From: Myxococcota bacterium
Lineage (GTDB): Bacteria; Myxococcota_A; UBA9160; JAFDDA01
Length of the DNA stretch: 64,000 nt
NCBI GenBank assembly: GCA_965228475.1
Contig: OZ245817.1
Span: forward strand, 832,001-896,000
Reading direction: 5' to 3'
The notes beneath the pieces were generated by a model. It was not told the DNA's origin. It ran no database searches and was given only the letters and a program-made list of their open reading frames with translations. Shown here in pieces: positions 29,010 to 38,711 of the stretch (positions within the stretch are counted from its first letter, which is position 1; each line of letters starts with the position of its first letter). Position numbers and translations under genes: made by a program.

Positions 29010-30494
29010 CTATCGGCGGGGGAGCTCCGCGAGCACGTCGGCGAGGCGTTCGCCCCAGACGCGGTGGCCCTCGGCGGTCGGGTGGATGCCATCGAGGAAG
29101 GCGCCCTCCCCGAGTGGCGCAAGAGCGTCCGCGACCGGGTGGAGCGGGAGCCCGAATTCGCCGGCGACGGCTTCCGTCACGGCCCGCGCCCGCCCGACGC
29201 CGAGCCAATCGTCGAAGATGCCACCGGGCTCCTTCGGTTCGTCGAGCAGGACGATCTCCCGGCCGAGCGCGAGCTCCCGCTCGAGGATTCTGCGGAGGAG
29301 TTCCCGGTGACGCTCTGCGTTTGCTCGTCTGGGGAGGAGGACTTTCAGGGGGACGTCGAAGAAGGGGCTGCGCCAGCGGTTGCAGGCCGCATGCGTGGCC
29401 AGGCGGGCGCGGCACCCGCCGGGTGCGTCGCCCAGAACGGGCAGCGTGGCGTTGTTGAGGATCGAGACGATCACGATCCCGTCGACGGCGAGCCGATCGC
29501 CCATGTCGCGGAGCCAGGTATCGATGGCGTGCAGGTTCCAGCCCTGCGCGCCGGCGTTGTAGAGGTCGACGGGGCGCCCTTCGCTCCGGAGTCGTGCTTC
29601 GGCCTTCGCGACGAAGGTCTCGTCCGCCTCGATGCCCTCGCCGAAGGTCACCGAGCCGCCGAGCACGAGCCAGGACTCCCGCTCGGGATCGACCGTGTAA
29701 ACCGGCCGGCCGCGGAACTCGAGCGATTGGTGTGCGGCGCGCGGGTGCCAGAACGCGGCATCCCGCAGGAGCGGCGTGGCGACGCCCGGGACGGGATCGT
29801 GCGTCTCGATGGCCGGGGGCACGCTGAAGGCGGCGAGGCCTGCACCGACACACGCCGTGCCGCGGATCACGCGGCCCCTCCGAAAGCGACCGGGCAACAG
29901 GAGAGAGAGGAGGGCGAGCGCCAGGGCGCCGAGCCCCAGCCCGAGGGCGAAGTGGGCCCAGGCGGCTCGCGGCCCTCCGCCGCTTCCCGCGGCGACGACA
30001 CCGCAGCGCACCACGTCGACGTCCCAGCCCTCGCCATGGGCGAGCAGGCGGATGCGGTCGGTGCCGCCGGCGAGCTCGGCGCACATCTTCGGCGCGGCGC
30101 CGGACGCAATGCAGAGTTCGCCTCCCCGGCGGATCCATCGAAGGGGCTCCGGGACCGAGGCAGTCGCCGCATGGGGCCCGCCCTCGTCGAAGACGACCAG
30201 GCTCGGGTGGCCGGTCTGCCCGGGAGGAACGAGAAGGGAGGCCCCGTCGATCTTGAAGTCCGGGCCGGTCGCACCCAGCGCGGCGTCGGCGAGAAAGCGG
30301 ATCTCGAGCGGGCCCGATCCCGTCCGTTCGATGCGCAGCTCCTGGCAGCTCTCGTCCGGGAGTGCGGAGGGCGCCGAGCGCTGCCAGGCGGGAAGCGGCG
30401 CGGCTTCGGCGAGCAGGGGCTGGAGGAGGAGCGCCAGGGCTGCGAAGGCGCGGCGCGCCGGGTGGGCGCTAGGGGTTCGCGGCGAGGTCGGCAC
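29010..30494 (-). CDS. Membrane-anchored SGNH/GDSL hydrolase-family protein (start uncertain)
   Basis: LGGSVTFG, NAG, NN, DGIHP blocks; signal-like N-terminus and two central TM helices. Confidence 0.7.
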   Translation of the reverse strand: MPTSPRTPSAHPARRAFAALALLLQPLLAEAAPLPAWQRSAPSALPDESCQELRIERTGSGPLEIRFLADAALGATGPDFKIDGASLLVPPGQTGHPSLVVFDEGGPHAATASVPEPLRWIRRGGELCIASGAAPKMCAELAGGTDRIRLLAHGEGWDVDVVRCGVVAAGSGGGPRAAWAHFALGLGLGALALALLSLLLPGRFRRGRVIRGTACVGAGLAAFSVPPAIETHDPVPGVATPLLRDAAFWHPRAAHQSLEFRGRPVYTVDPERESWLVLGGSVTFGEGIEADETFVAKAEARLRSEGRPVDLYNAGAQGWNLHAIDTWLRDMGDRLAVDGIVIVSILNNATLPVLGDAPGGCRARLATHAACNRWRSPFFDVPLKVLLPRRANAERHRELLRRILERELALGREIVLLDEPKEPGGIFDDWLGVGRARAVTEAVAGEFGLPLHPVADALAPLGEGAFLDGIHPTAEGHRVWGERLADVLAELPRR

Positions 30495-31266
30495 TGCCGT
30501 CGAGGGTCCAGCGGATCTGTTCCGAGATGCCCGCCGTCTCGTCCTCCGGGTCGTCGAACCGGAACTCGTAAGTGGTGACGCGGCGCACCGGGCCGACGCC
30601 GCGCGCGAGCCACAGGTCGTCGCTGAACGTGCCCTCGGAGACCGTCGGGCCGCCGGCCAACTGGCCGGAGACGGGGCCGCTGAAACGGATGTGGGCCACG
30701 TCCTCGAAGGTGTGGCCGTCGATCGTGAGGGCTTCGCGGCGGACCACCTTGGCCTTGGCGCGGATGGAGAGCGCGCCGTTGCGCAGGGTGCCGACGTCCC
30801 AGCTTCGCCCCTCCCGCAGCGGAAGCGGCAGGAAGGCCAGGGGCGGGTCGTAGCGTTCGACCGTTCCCGACTCGGGCCGGGACTGCTCGTGAAGAAAGAC
30901 CCCGCCCGCGCTCGACGAGTAGGACGCGATCTCCTCGTTCCGCAGCTCGGCCGTCGCACCCACCATGGCCTCGCGCTGCATGTCGAGATGTTGGACGCGC
31001 CTCAGGCGGCCTTCGGAGGCGATGACCCGCATCTGGGAGCGTCCGTGAAAGAACTGGCGCTCGAGGGACTTCCCGCGGCGCTCGACGACGCGGTCGCGGT
31101 GGATGGCGTACTCGCGATGGGTGCCTTCGTCGAGGGGGAACCAGGAGTCGTTCGCCGTTGCCGTGCCGGTGTCGCCGAGGGCAACCAGGAGTAGGGCCAG
31201 GGCCGCCACGCAGTAGGACGGCAGAACGGGCGGCCGCGGGGACGCAGCGGGCTGGGGCTCGGACAT
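30469..31266 (-). CDS. Secreted hypothetical protein
   Basis: Signal peptide, WFPL..G start and WLARGVGPVR end; TAGACT -10 element 7 nt before ATG. Confidence 0.7.
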   Translation of the reverse strand: MSEPQPAASPRPPVLPSYCVAALALLLVALGDTGTATANDSWFPLDEGTHREYAIHRDRVVERRGKSLERQFFHGRSQMRVIASEGRLRRVQHLDMQREAMVGATAELRNEEIASYSSSAGGVFLHEQSRPESGTVERYDPPLAFLPLPLREGRSWDVGTLRNGALSIRAKAKVVRREALTIDGHTFEDVAHIRFSGPVSGQLAGGPTVSEGTFSDDLWLARGVGPVRRVTTYEFRFDDPEDETAGISEQIRWTLDGSADLAANP

Positions 31267-31344
31267 CGCGGCGAGTCTAGCATGGGGCCTTCGCGCGGAA
31301 TCGGCTGGCACGAGGGCGCGCAGGCTCCGTACTGTTCTCGCGAA

Positions 31345-33096
31345 GTGACCGTTGCATCTTCGGACGAAGGCGGCGTGGCTGCCCAGGGGAGCGAGGCGGG
31401 CCTCGGCCGCATTGCGGGCGCGCTCCTCGCGGGGCTCCTGCTCGCGAAGCTCGGCGTCGTCATGGCCGGCCTCGGCCGCGGCTTCGAACTCGGCGACGAA
31501 GGCTTCTTCCTCCTCAACCTGAACGATCCGGCCGCGTCCCCGCGCTTCTTCGAGTTCTACAAGCTGCTGCTTCACGTCGAACCTCCGCTCCGCTTCGACG
31601 TCCTCGGCGCCCGGATTCTTCGCCTCGGGACGGAGCTCCTGGCGAGCGCCCTGCTCGTCGGGGGCGTCGTGGCCTGGGCGCGGCGGGGCGGGTGGCTCAC
31701 CCGAGCAGGGACGCTGGCCTTCGTCGCCTTCTGCGGGCTCGGCGCGCTCGTCGGCGCCGCGAGCCGCTCCTTCTCCTACAACGACCTCACCAACCTCTGC
31801 CTCTACGGTGCCTTCGGATCGGTGTTCTTCGCGGCCTCGCGGCGGCCTGCGCGCGTGGCCTTGCCGGCCCTCTTCCTGGCCGGCTTCCTCTCGGGCTTCC
31901 AGCTCTTCGTGAAGTTCCCGGCGGCGATCGTGTCGGCCGCGCTCGTGGGCGCAGCCCTCGCAGGGGGGCTCGGGGACTGGACGCGGCCGCTGCGCGCGAA
32001 GCTCGGCGCGGCCTACGCCGCCGGCGGACTGTTCGCGGTCGGACTGTTCGTCGCTTCCAACGGAGGGCTCGCGCCCCTGGTCGCGAAGTTCGCCGGCGCT
32101 TCCGAGGTCGGCCGGCTCGCCGGGTACGAACCGGTCGAGATGCTCGCGAACCTCGTCGTCCTCGAGGTCTGGACCGTCGTGAACTTCGTCGTCCTCGCCC
32201 TCACGGTCGCAGCGGCCTACGCGGTCCTGCGCCGCTTCGCCGGCCTGGCCTTCGACGCTGCGCTCGCGATCGCGCTCGGGATCGGGAGCCTCGCGCTCGT
32301 CGCCAGCGCGTCCTCCCTGCACGCCGCCTTCGCGTCGACCTCCCTCACGGTGTTCGCCTGCCTGCTCGTCTTCCTGCCCTGCGCGGTGGCGCTCGCCGGC
32401 GGAGCATCTTCGCCACCGCTCGGCGGTCTGGCCTTGCTCCTGTTGCTCCCGCTGGCCGCGTATGCCGGGACGAACGTTCCCTTCGTCTGGAGGCTGCCCT
32501 CCCATGCGCTTCCGGCGGCGGTGGTGCTCGGCCTCTTGATCTTCGCCTCCCGCGGTGGCGGACGGGTCCGGGCGACGCCCCTCGTGGCCACGGCGGCGCT
32601 GGCCGCCGCGAGCGCGTGGGTCTTCGTCCAGCATCAGGTCCTCGAGCCCTACGGTCTGCGGGCGCCGCTCTACGAGCAGACCGAACCGAACGCCCGGCTC
32701 GGCGTTCGCCTCGACCTGGCGACGCACCGGTTCCTCGGCGCCTTCGAGACGAGCCTCGTCGAGGCCGGCTTCTCGCGCGGCGACCCGCTCGTGGTCATGG
32801 ACTACATGCCGGGCCTGGTGTTCTACGTGGAGGGCCGCTCGCCGGGCTTCCCGTTCTACGCCTTCGACCGGACCGAGATGAACTGCTTCAACCTGAACCG
32901 CAGCGGGCTCGAGGGCCCGCCGTTCCTGGTCCTCGGGAGGGAGATGTCCGCGGCGCAGGCGGCATGCATCCAGCCGTTCGACCCGGTTCGCGACGTCCGC
33001 TCCGTTCGAACGCTCCGATTCCCCTACGAGGCCGTCTACGAAGGGTTCGGCGCACACGGCCTTTCGCACGTCGAGATCTTCGCGCCGCGGGACTAG
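31345..33096 (+). CDS. Polytopic membrane protein, GT-C-like (paralog A)
   Basis: GFELGDEGFF after TM1, SYND, VKFP, DYMPGLV; clear similarity to 33093-34847. Confidence 0.75.
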   Translation: MTVASSDEGGVAAQGSEAGLGRIAGALLAGLLLAKLGVVMAGLGRGFELGDEGFFLLNLNDPAASPRFFEFYKLLLHVEPPLRFDVLGARILRLGTELLASALLVGGVVAWARRGGWLTRAGTLAFVAFCGLGALVGAASRSFSYNDLTNLCLYGAFGSVFFAASRRPARVALPALFLAGFLSGFQLFVKFPAAIVSAALVGAALAGGLGDWTRPLRAKLGAAYAAGGLFAVGLFVASNGGLAPLVAKFAGASEVGRLAGYEPVEMLANLVVLEVWTVVNFVVLALTVAAAYAVLRRFAGLAFDAALAIALGIGSLALVASASSLHAAFASTSLTVFACLLVFLPCAVALAGGASSPPLGGLALLLLLPLAAYAGTNVPFVWRLPSHALPAAVVLGLLIFASRGGGRVRATPLVATAALAAASAWVFVQHQVLEPYGLRAPLYEQTEPNARLGVRLDLATHRFLGAFETSLVEAGFSRGDPLVVMDYMPGLVFYVEGRSPGFPFYAFDRTEMNCFNLNRSGLEGPPFLVLGREMSAAQAACIQPFDPVRDVRSVRTLRFPYEAVYEGFGAHGLSHVEIFAPRD

Positions 33097-34847
33097 CGGA
33101 TCTGCGCGCCCGGCCTGGGCGCGAGGAATCGGACGTGGGTCAGCTCGCCCGCATCGAAGCCCTCGTAGACGGCCTCGTAGGGGAAGCGAAGGACGCCGAC
33201 TTCGTCGAAGTCTCCCGGAAGGTCGAAGGCCGTGATGCAGGCGCGCTGCTCGGGCGATGCGGGCCGGCCCAGCACGACAAAGGGCACGCGATCGAGCTCG
33301 GCCATCTCGAGGATCAGGCAGTTCAGTTCGGCACGGTCGAAGATGAAGTACGGCCAGCCGGGGGAACGGCCCTCGAGGTAGACGACGAGGCCGGGCATGT
33401 AGTCGAGGGCGACGATCGGGTCCCCGGGGCGGAAGCCGGCCTCCCGCATCACGTCCGCCGAGCCTTCGAGGAAGCGCGCCGTCGCGAAGTCGACCCGGAC
33501 GTCCGTTCGCCCGCGGAGGGCTTCGGTCTGCTCGTAGAGCGGGCTCCGCAGTCCGTAGGGAGCGATGACGTGGTGCTGGACGAACACCGTGGTGGTGACG
33601 ACGGCACCGAGGAGCGCGAGCGCCGTCCGGAGGCGCCGTCGATCCGCGTGCGCCGTCGAGAGCAGGATCGCCGCGAGCACCGCCGAGACCGGGAGCGCGT
33701 GGGACGGGAGCCGGAGGGAGAAGGGGACGTTCGAACCCATCAGGTTCACGATCGGGAGCGCGAGCGGGAGGGCGAGGAGCAGCCGGTCGGCGAGGAGGGT
33801 CCGTTCTTCGCCGGAGACGCGGGCGTCCCAGACGGCCGCGAACAGGGCGAGGGAGAAGAAGCAGGTCAGCCACAGCAGGGACGGGTGGAGGAAGAACGGG
33901 TGGAGCAGCCAGACACTCGCGGCGATGACGCCCATCGCGACCCATGCGCCGAGGGCCATCGCGCGATCGCGCCCCGCCCGCTCGCGGAGCAGACGGGAGA
34001 GGCCGGCGAAGAGCAGGATGTCCAGCAGTGCGTTCGGGACCGTCAGCACCTCCCCCTTGACGTAGAGGCCGAGGATCTCGAGGGGTTCGTAGCCCGAGGC
34101 TCCGGCGATGCGGACGACCTCCCGGTAGCGCTCGGCGAGGACGGCCAAGCCGCCCGCGTTCACGAGATAGACGCCCCAGGCGAGCAGCGCCCCGGCCCCC
34201 GTGGCCAGGAGCGTTTCGATGCGGCCCCGGATCGAGAGCCGCTGGAACAGGAAGAGGATCGCGGCGGCCACCATCCCGCCGAGCAGGAAGAACGCGGGGA
34301 ACTTCACGCCCAGCTGCAGCCCGGTCGCGAAGCCCACGGCGACGGCCCACCCGAGACGGCCGCGTCGGTCCTCGACGGGGCGCGAAGCCGCCAGCAGCAG
34401 GCCACCCGTCGCCGCGTAGGTGCAGAGGTTGGTGACGTCGTTGTAGGAGAGCGCGCGGCTCGCGGCGTGGATGCCGAAGCCGAGGAGGGCGAAGGGCAGG
34501 AACTCCTGGAGCCGGATCGAGGCGCCCGGCACCCACGGGCGGGTCCGGGCGAAACGGAAGAGGCCCGCGATCAGCAGGGCGCTCGCAAGGGCCTCGACGG
34601 CCAACCGCAGCAGACGCACGTCCACGACGTCGAACCACAGGTCGAACCGGGCCAGCAGCTTGTAGAACTCGAAGTTCGCCGGTGTGGTCTCGGGGGCGTT
34701 CAGGCTGAGCAGGAAGTAGCCCTCGTCGCCCAGCCCGAAGCCGCGCGAAACGCCCCACAGGCTCACGCCGAGCTTGGCGACGAAGGCGAGCCAGAGGAGC
34801 AAGATCACCGGGCCGGCGATCGCGCGGGGGGCGGGCGTCGTGCTCAT
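33093..34847 (-). CDS. Polytopic membrane protein, GT-C-like (paralog B)
   Basis: GFGLGDEGYF, SYND, VKFP, DYMPGLV, LRFPYEAVYEGF shared with paralog A. Confidence 0.75.
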   Translation of the reverse strand: MSTTPAPRAIAGPVILLLWLAFVAKLGVSLWGVSRGFGLGDEGYFLLSLNAPETTPANFEFYKLLARFDLWFDVVDVRLLRLAVEALASALLIAGLFRFARTRPWVPGASIRLQEFLPFALLGFGIHAASRALSYNDVTNLCTYAATGGLLLAASRPVEDRRGRLGWAVAVGFATGLQLGVKFPAFFLLGGMVAAAILFLFQRLSIRGRIETLLATGAGALLAWGVYLVNAGGLAVLAERYREVVRIAGASGYEPLEILGLYVKGEVLTVPNALLDILLFAGLSRLLRERAGRDRAMALGAWVAMGVIAASVWLLHPFFLHPSLLWLTCFFSLALFAAVWDARVSGEERTLLADRLLLALPLALPIVNLMGSNVPFSLRLPSHALPVSAVLAAILLSTAHADRRRLRTALALLGAVVTTTVFVQHHVIAPYGLRSPLYEQTEALRGRTDVRVDFATARFLEGSADVMREAGFRPGDPIVALDYMPGLVVYLEGRSPGWPYFIFDRAELNCLILEMAELDRVPFVVLGRPASPEQRACITAFDLPGDFDEVGVLRFPYEAVYEGFDAGELTHVRFLAPRPGAQIR

Positions 34848-36697
34848 GGTGCCGCCGGCTCGAACTCGACGCCGAGCTGGCGTGCTCGATCGAACGCGTC
34901 GCGGGCTTCTTCCGGCTCCTGCGCGATCTCGTGCCAGCGGCCGAGGGCTTGCCACGCGGCGGCGTCGTAGGGGGCCTCGGCGAGCCTTCGCTCGAGGAGG
35001 CGCCGCGATTCGTCGGGCGCGACCGTGAACCAGAGCGTCTCGAAGCGTCCGTCGCGGAGGGCCGGAACTTCGCGCGCCCGGCGAGTCGCTTCCGCGGCGG
35101 CTGCCGGGTCGCCCGCGCGGAGGTGCAGATCCGCCAGGTGTCGGTAGGCGAGGGGGGTTCGGGGGTCGAAGGGTTCCATCGCGTTGGGCGCCGACTCGAG
35201 GGCGTCCGCGAGGAAGCGGGCGGCGCGCTCGAAGTCTTCCTGCCTCCGATAGAGGTCCGAGATCCGCAGCTGATAGGCGAACAGGCGGGTGAAGAAGATC
35301 TGGTGCGGGGCTCCCTCGGCCCGCTCGAGCGATTCGAGCGCCGCCTGGAGATCTCCGTCGTTCGCCTGGACGATGGCGAGGCGGTAGAAAAACGCGTCCG
35401 AGGGGTGGTGACGCACCGTTTCTTCGTAGACCGACCGGGTGCTCTCCCAGATGCCCCGCTGCTCGAGGGTTCGCAGGGTGCAGCCCAGGATCGCGAGGCC
35501 GACGACGGCCCCGGCGGCCACCCGGGTCGCGACGCCTCCGCGCTTCCAGGCCCACGCGACGCCCGTCGCGAACAGGAAGAAAAGTCCGACGGCCGATTGG
35601 TAGAGGTAGCGGTCGGCGGCGAGCATGGGCATGTCGCTGAAGAAGAAGGGCAGCACAGCCATCGGAAGGATCGTGGCGAAGTACCAGCCGACGCCGAAGA
35701 GAACGTTCCTTCGGGTCCGGTAGGCCGCGATTCCGAACGCGAGGAGCGCCACGGCGGCCAACGCGAAGACGTAGAACGTGCCCGGGAGCGCGGGGGCCTG
35801 ATCGTCCGGAAGGGGATAGAACACCGCGAGGCCGACGGGGGCGATCGCCTTGGCGACGTAGAAGAAGAAGTTGTGGGCGACGATCACCGCCCAATCGACG
35901 GCGCTGAAATCGTACTCGTGCAGGAACGGGCTGAGGCTCGCCAGGCGGTTCGTCATGAACCACGCCACGCCGATCACCGGGAGGTAGAGCAGCTTCGACG
36001 GGAGGCTTCGCGCGAGGAAGGCCAGCGGGGAGCGAGGCAGGTCCCGCGCGACGTGATGGTCGATCAGGACGAGGACGCCCGGGAGGGGGACGGCAGCCGT
36101 CTTGGCCATGACCGCGAACGCGAAGGCCACCCAGCTCGCCGCGAAGGCCAGCGGGGAGCCCGTTCCTTCTTCCTCGCGGAGACGCGCGTGGCGCAGATAG
36201 CACCCCGCCGAAATCAGGAAGAAGAAGAAGAAGAGGACGTTCTTCCGGCTGTTGATCCAGACCACGGACTCGAGCTGGAGCGGGTGGATTCCGAACAGCA
36301 GGCTCGTCACCCCCGCCACGAGGCCGCTCCCGGAGAGCCGGCGGATCAGGACGAAGACGAGGATCGTGTTGGCCAGGTGGAGGCCGACGTTCACCGCACG
36401 AAAGCTCGCCGCGTCCATGCCCGTCACCGCGCGATTGATCGCGAAGCTCAGGTAGGTGAGCGGGAACCATCGGAAGTCGCGCTCGTCCTCGAGGAACAGG
36501 AAGCGGAGGCCGTCGAAGGAGAGGTCTCGAAGGCCCGGGTTCTCGACGACGAAGTAGAGGTCGTCGAGTTCGAAGAACGGGAAGCCCAGCGTCGGGAGGT
36601 AGAGCGCCAGGACGGCCGCCCCGATCGCGGTGGGAAGAAGCGCCCGGGAGAGCCAGGAAGGCGCTCCGGCTCCGCGCGTCGAGGACGGCGAGGACAT
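34844..36697 (-). CDS. TMTC-like GT-C glycosyltransferase with TPR-like C-terminus
   Basis: ELDD, N..LHLAN, LFGIHPLQLESV.W...RK, ADRYLY. Confidence 0.82.
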   Translation of the reverse strand: MSSPSSTRGAGAPSWLSRALLPTAIGAAVLALYLPTLGFPFFELDDLYFVVENPGLRDLSFDGLRFLFLEDERDFRWFPLTYLSFAINRAVTGMDAASFRAVNVGLHLANTILVFVLIRRLSGSGLVAGVTSLLFGIHPLQLESVVWINSRKNVLFFFFFLISAGCYLRHARLREEEGTGSPLAFAASWVAFAFAVMAKTAAVPLPGVLVLIDHHVARDLPRSPLAFLARSLPSKLLYLPVIGVAWFMTNRLASLSPFLHEYDFSAVDWAVIVAHNFFFYVAKAIAPVGLAVFYPLPDDQAPALPGTFYVFALAAVALLAFGIAAYRTRRNVLFGVGWYFATILPMAVLPFFFSDMPMLAADRYLYQSAVGLFFLFATGVAWAWKRGGVATRVAAGAVVGLAILGCTLRTLEQRGIWESTRSVYEETVRHHPSDAFFYRLAIVQANDGDLQAALESLERAEGAPHQIFFTRLFAYQLRISDLYRRQEDFERAARFLADALESAPNAMEPFDPRTPLAYRHLADLHLRAGDPAAAAEATRRAREVPALRDGRFETLWFTVAPDESRRLLERRLAEAPYDAAAWQALGRWHEIAQEPEEARDAFDRARQLGVEFEPAAP

Positions 36698-36729
36698 CGT
36701 CCGGGCACCTTGACGCAGGCCGTGGGGGC

Positions 36730-38628
36730 TCACAAGCCCGATCGTTCCTCCGCCGGTGGTGCGACGAATCCGAGCGCCCGCGCCCGCTCGAAGGCGTTTC
36801 GTGCGGCCTCGGGCCGCGCTTCGAGCCCGTGGAGCAGGCCGAGGGCGTGCCAGGTGGCCGCGTCGTGGGGAGCGGCGGCGAGGCGTGCCTCGAGGAACTC
36901 CCGGGCTTCCTCGGGTGCGGTCGTGAAGAGGTGGCTCTCGAAGTAGTACGCGGGGTCGGGCTCGGCACGGCTCGCCCGCTCGCGGGCCGCGGCAGCCCGT
37001 CGAGGCTGCCCCGCACGGCTGCGCAGCTCCGCGACGTACCGCCAGGCCAGCGGCGTATCCGTTCGCGCCGGTTCGATGAAGTTCGGCGTCGATGCGATCG
37101 CCGCCTCCAGGAAGTCGGCCGCCCGCGCTGGGTCGCCCTTCAGGCGATACAGGTCGGCGATCCGCCACTGGTGGACGAAGAGCCGCGTGAAGAAGACCTG
37201 ATGCTCCGCGCGCTCGGCGGCTTCGAGGCTCTCGAACGCAGCGCCGAGGTGGCCCGCGTCCGCCTGGGCGAGGGCCAACCGGTAGGCGAAGGCGTCCGAG
37301 GGATGAGCGCGGACCGCCTGCTCGTAGAGGGGGAGCGTCCCGCGGAAGGTCTCGCGGTGCCGGGCGGCGACGAAGCTGAGCGCCGCGACGAGCAGCAGCG
37401 CGGCGCCGGCCAGCGCCCAGCGGGCCGTGGCGCTCGGCAGGCGGCGGAAGGCGGCCGCGAACCCGAGACCGGCCAGCAGGAACGGCCCGAAGGCGGCCTG
37501 GTAGAAGTAGCGATCGGCTGCGAGGAGGGGCATGTCGCTGAAGAAGAAGGGAGCCACCGCCATCGGCAGGATCGTCGCGAAGTACCAGCCGAGGCCGAAG
37601 GTCAGCCAGGGCCAGCGCCGGTAGCCGGCGAGGCCCACCCCGAGCAGTGCGAGAGCGAGGAGGGCGTAGACCGGGAAGTGCCACGGGAGGGGGCCCGCAT
37701 CGCTCGGGAGCGGGTGGAAGACGCCGAGCGGGTGGGGAACGACGGCCCGGGCCAGGTAGAGGAAGAAGTTGTGCGCGGTGATGACGAGCCAGTCGAGGGT
37801 TCCGAAGGCGTAGTCGGCGAGGAACGGGCTTTGGGCCGCGAGCCGGCGCGTCATCCACCACGCCGCGGCGATCGGGGCAAGGAAGACGAGCTTCGAGGGA
37901 AGGCTCCGCGCGAGGAACGCGAACGGCGATCGTGGCCGCGTGCGGGCGACGAGGTAGTCGACGAGGACGAGCACCGCGGGCAGGGACGCCGCCGTCGTCT
38001 TCGCCGAGATCGCCAGGCAGAACAGGGCAAAGCTCGACCCGTAGGCCCACGGCGCGCTGCGCCCGGCCTCACGCGCCGAGGCGTGGCGCAGGTAGGCGAG
38101 GACCGAGAGCAGGAAGAAGAGGAAGAAGAGGAGGTTCTTCCGGCTGCTGACCCAGGCGACGGACTCGACCTGCAAGGGGTGGACGCCGAACAGGGCGCTC
38201 GCGACGATCGCGGCCAGGGCATCTCCCGAGAGCCGCCAGACGAGCAGGAAGACGAGCGCCACGTTCGCGAGGTGCAGGACGAGGTTGGTTCGGTGGAAGG
38301 CGGCCGCATCGAGGCCGAAGGCCGCGGAGTCCGCGGCGAAGCTCAGATAGGCGAGCGGAAACCAGCGCATGTCGCGCGTGTCTTCGAAGAAGAGGAACCA
38401 CGCACTCTCGAGCGAGAAGGCACGGATGCCCGGGTTCTCGACGACCCCGTAGAGATCGTCGAGATCGAGGAAGGGGTAGCCGAGCGCTGGAAGGTAGAGC
38501 GCGAACACCGCGCCGAGGACGGTCACGAGCCCGAGCCACGGGAACCCTCGACCCGGCCCGGTCGCCGGGGAGCCGTCGCCGGACTCCGCTCCCCTCGGAT
38601 CCCGCGCGGTGTCGATCGTCCCGGTCAT
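36730..38628 (-). CDS. TMTC-like GT-C glycosyltransferase (tandem paralog)
   Basis: DLDD, FH..N..LHLAN, LFGVHPLQVESVAW...RK, ADRYFY. Confidence 0.82.
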   Translation of the reverse strand: MTGTIDTARDPRGAESGDGSPATGPGRGFPWLGLVTVLGAVFALYLPALGYPFLDLDDLYGVVENPGIRAFSLESAWFLFFEDTRDMRWFPLAYLSFAADSAAFGLDAAAFHRTNLVLHLANVALVFLLVWRLSGDALAAIVASALFGVHPLQVESVAWVSSRKNLLFFLFFLLSVLAYLRHASAREAGRSAPWAYGSSFALFCLAISAKTTAASLPAVLVLVDYLVARTRPRSPFAFLARSLPSKLVFLAPIAAAWWMTRRLAAQSPFLADYAFGTLDWLVITAHNFFLYLARAVVPHPLGVFHPLPSDAGPLPWHFPVYALLALALLGVGLAGYRRWPWLTFGLGWYFATILPMAVAPFFFSDMPLLAADRYFYQAAFGPFLLAGLGFAAAFRRLPSATARWALAGAALLLVAALSFVAARHRETFRGTLPLYEQAVRAHPSDAFAYRLALAQADAGHLGAAFESLEAAERAEHQVFFTRLFVHQWRIADLYRLKGDPARAADFLEAAIASTPNFIEPARTDTPLAWRYVAELRSRAGQPRRAAAARERASRAEPDPAYYFESHLFTTAPEEAREFLEARLAAAPHDAATWHALGLLHGLEARPEAARNAFERARALGFVAPPAEERSGL

Positions 38629-38711
38629 CGCGCCGACCTTGCCGGTTGCACCCACCGGCCGCAAGCTCGGGGGAGCGGGCCCCGTGGACCGGCAGCGCCC
38701 GAGGAGAGTGT

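Noticed and set aside
26461..37016. Apparent giant fusions (26461-30138, 30469-34758, 33093-37016; similarly 46969-50844 and 57023-60679)
   Set aside because: Only the 3' portions are protein-like; the upstream parts are Arg/Pro-rich and overlap real genes in other frames
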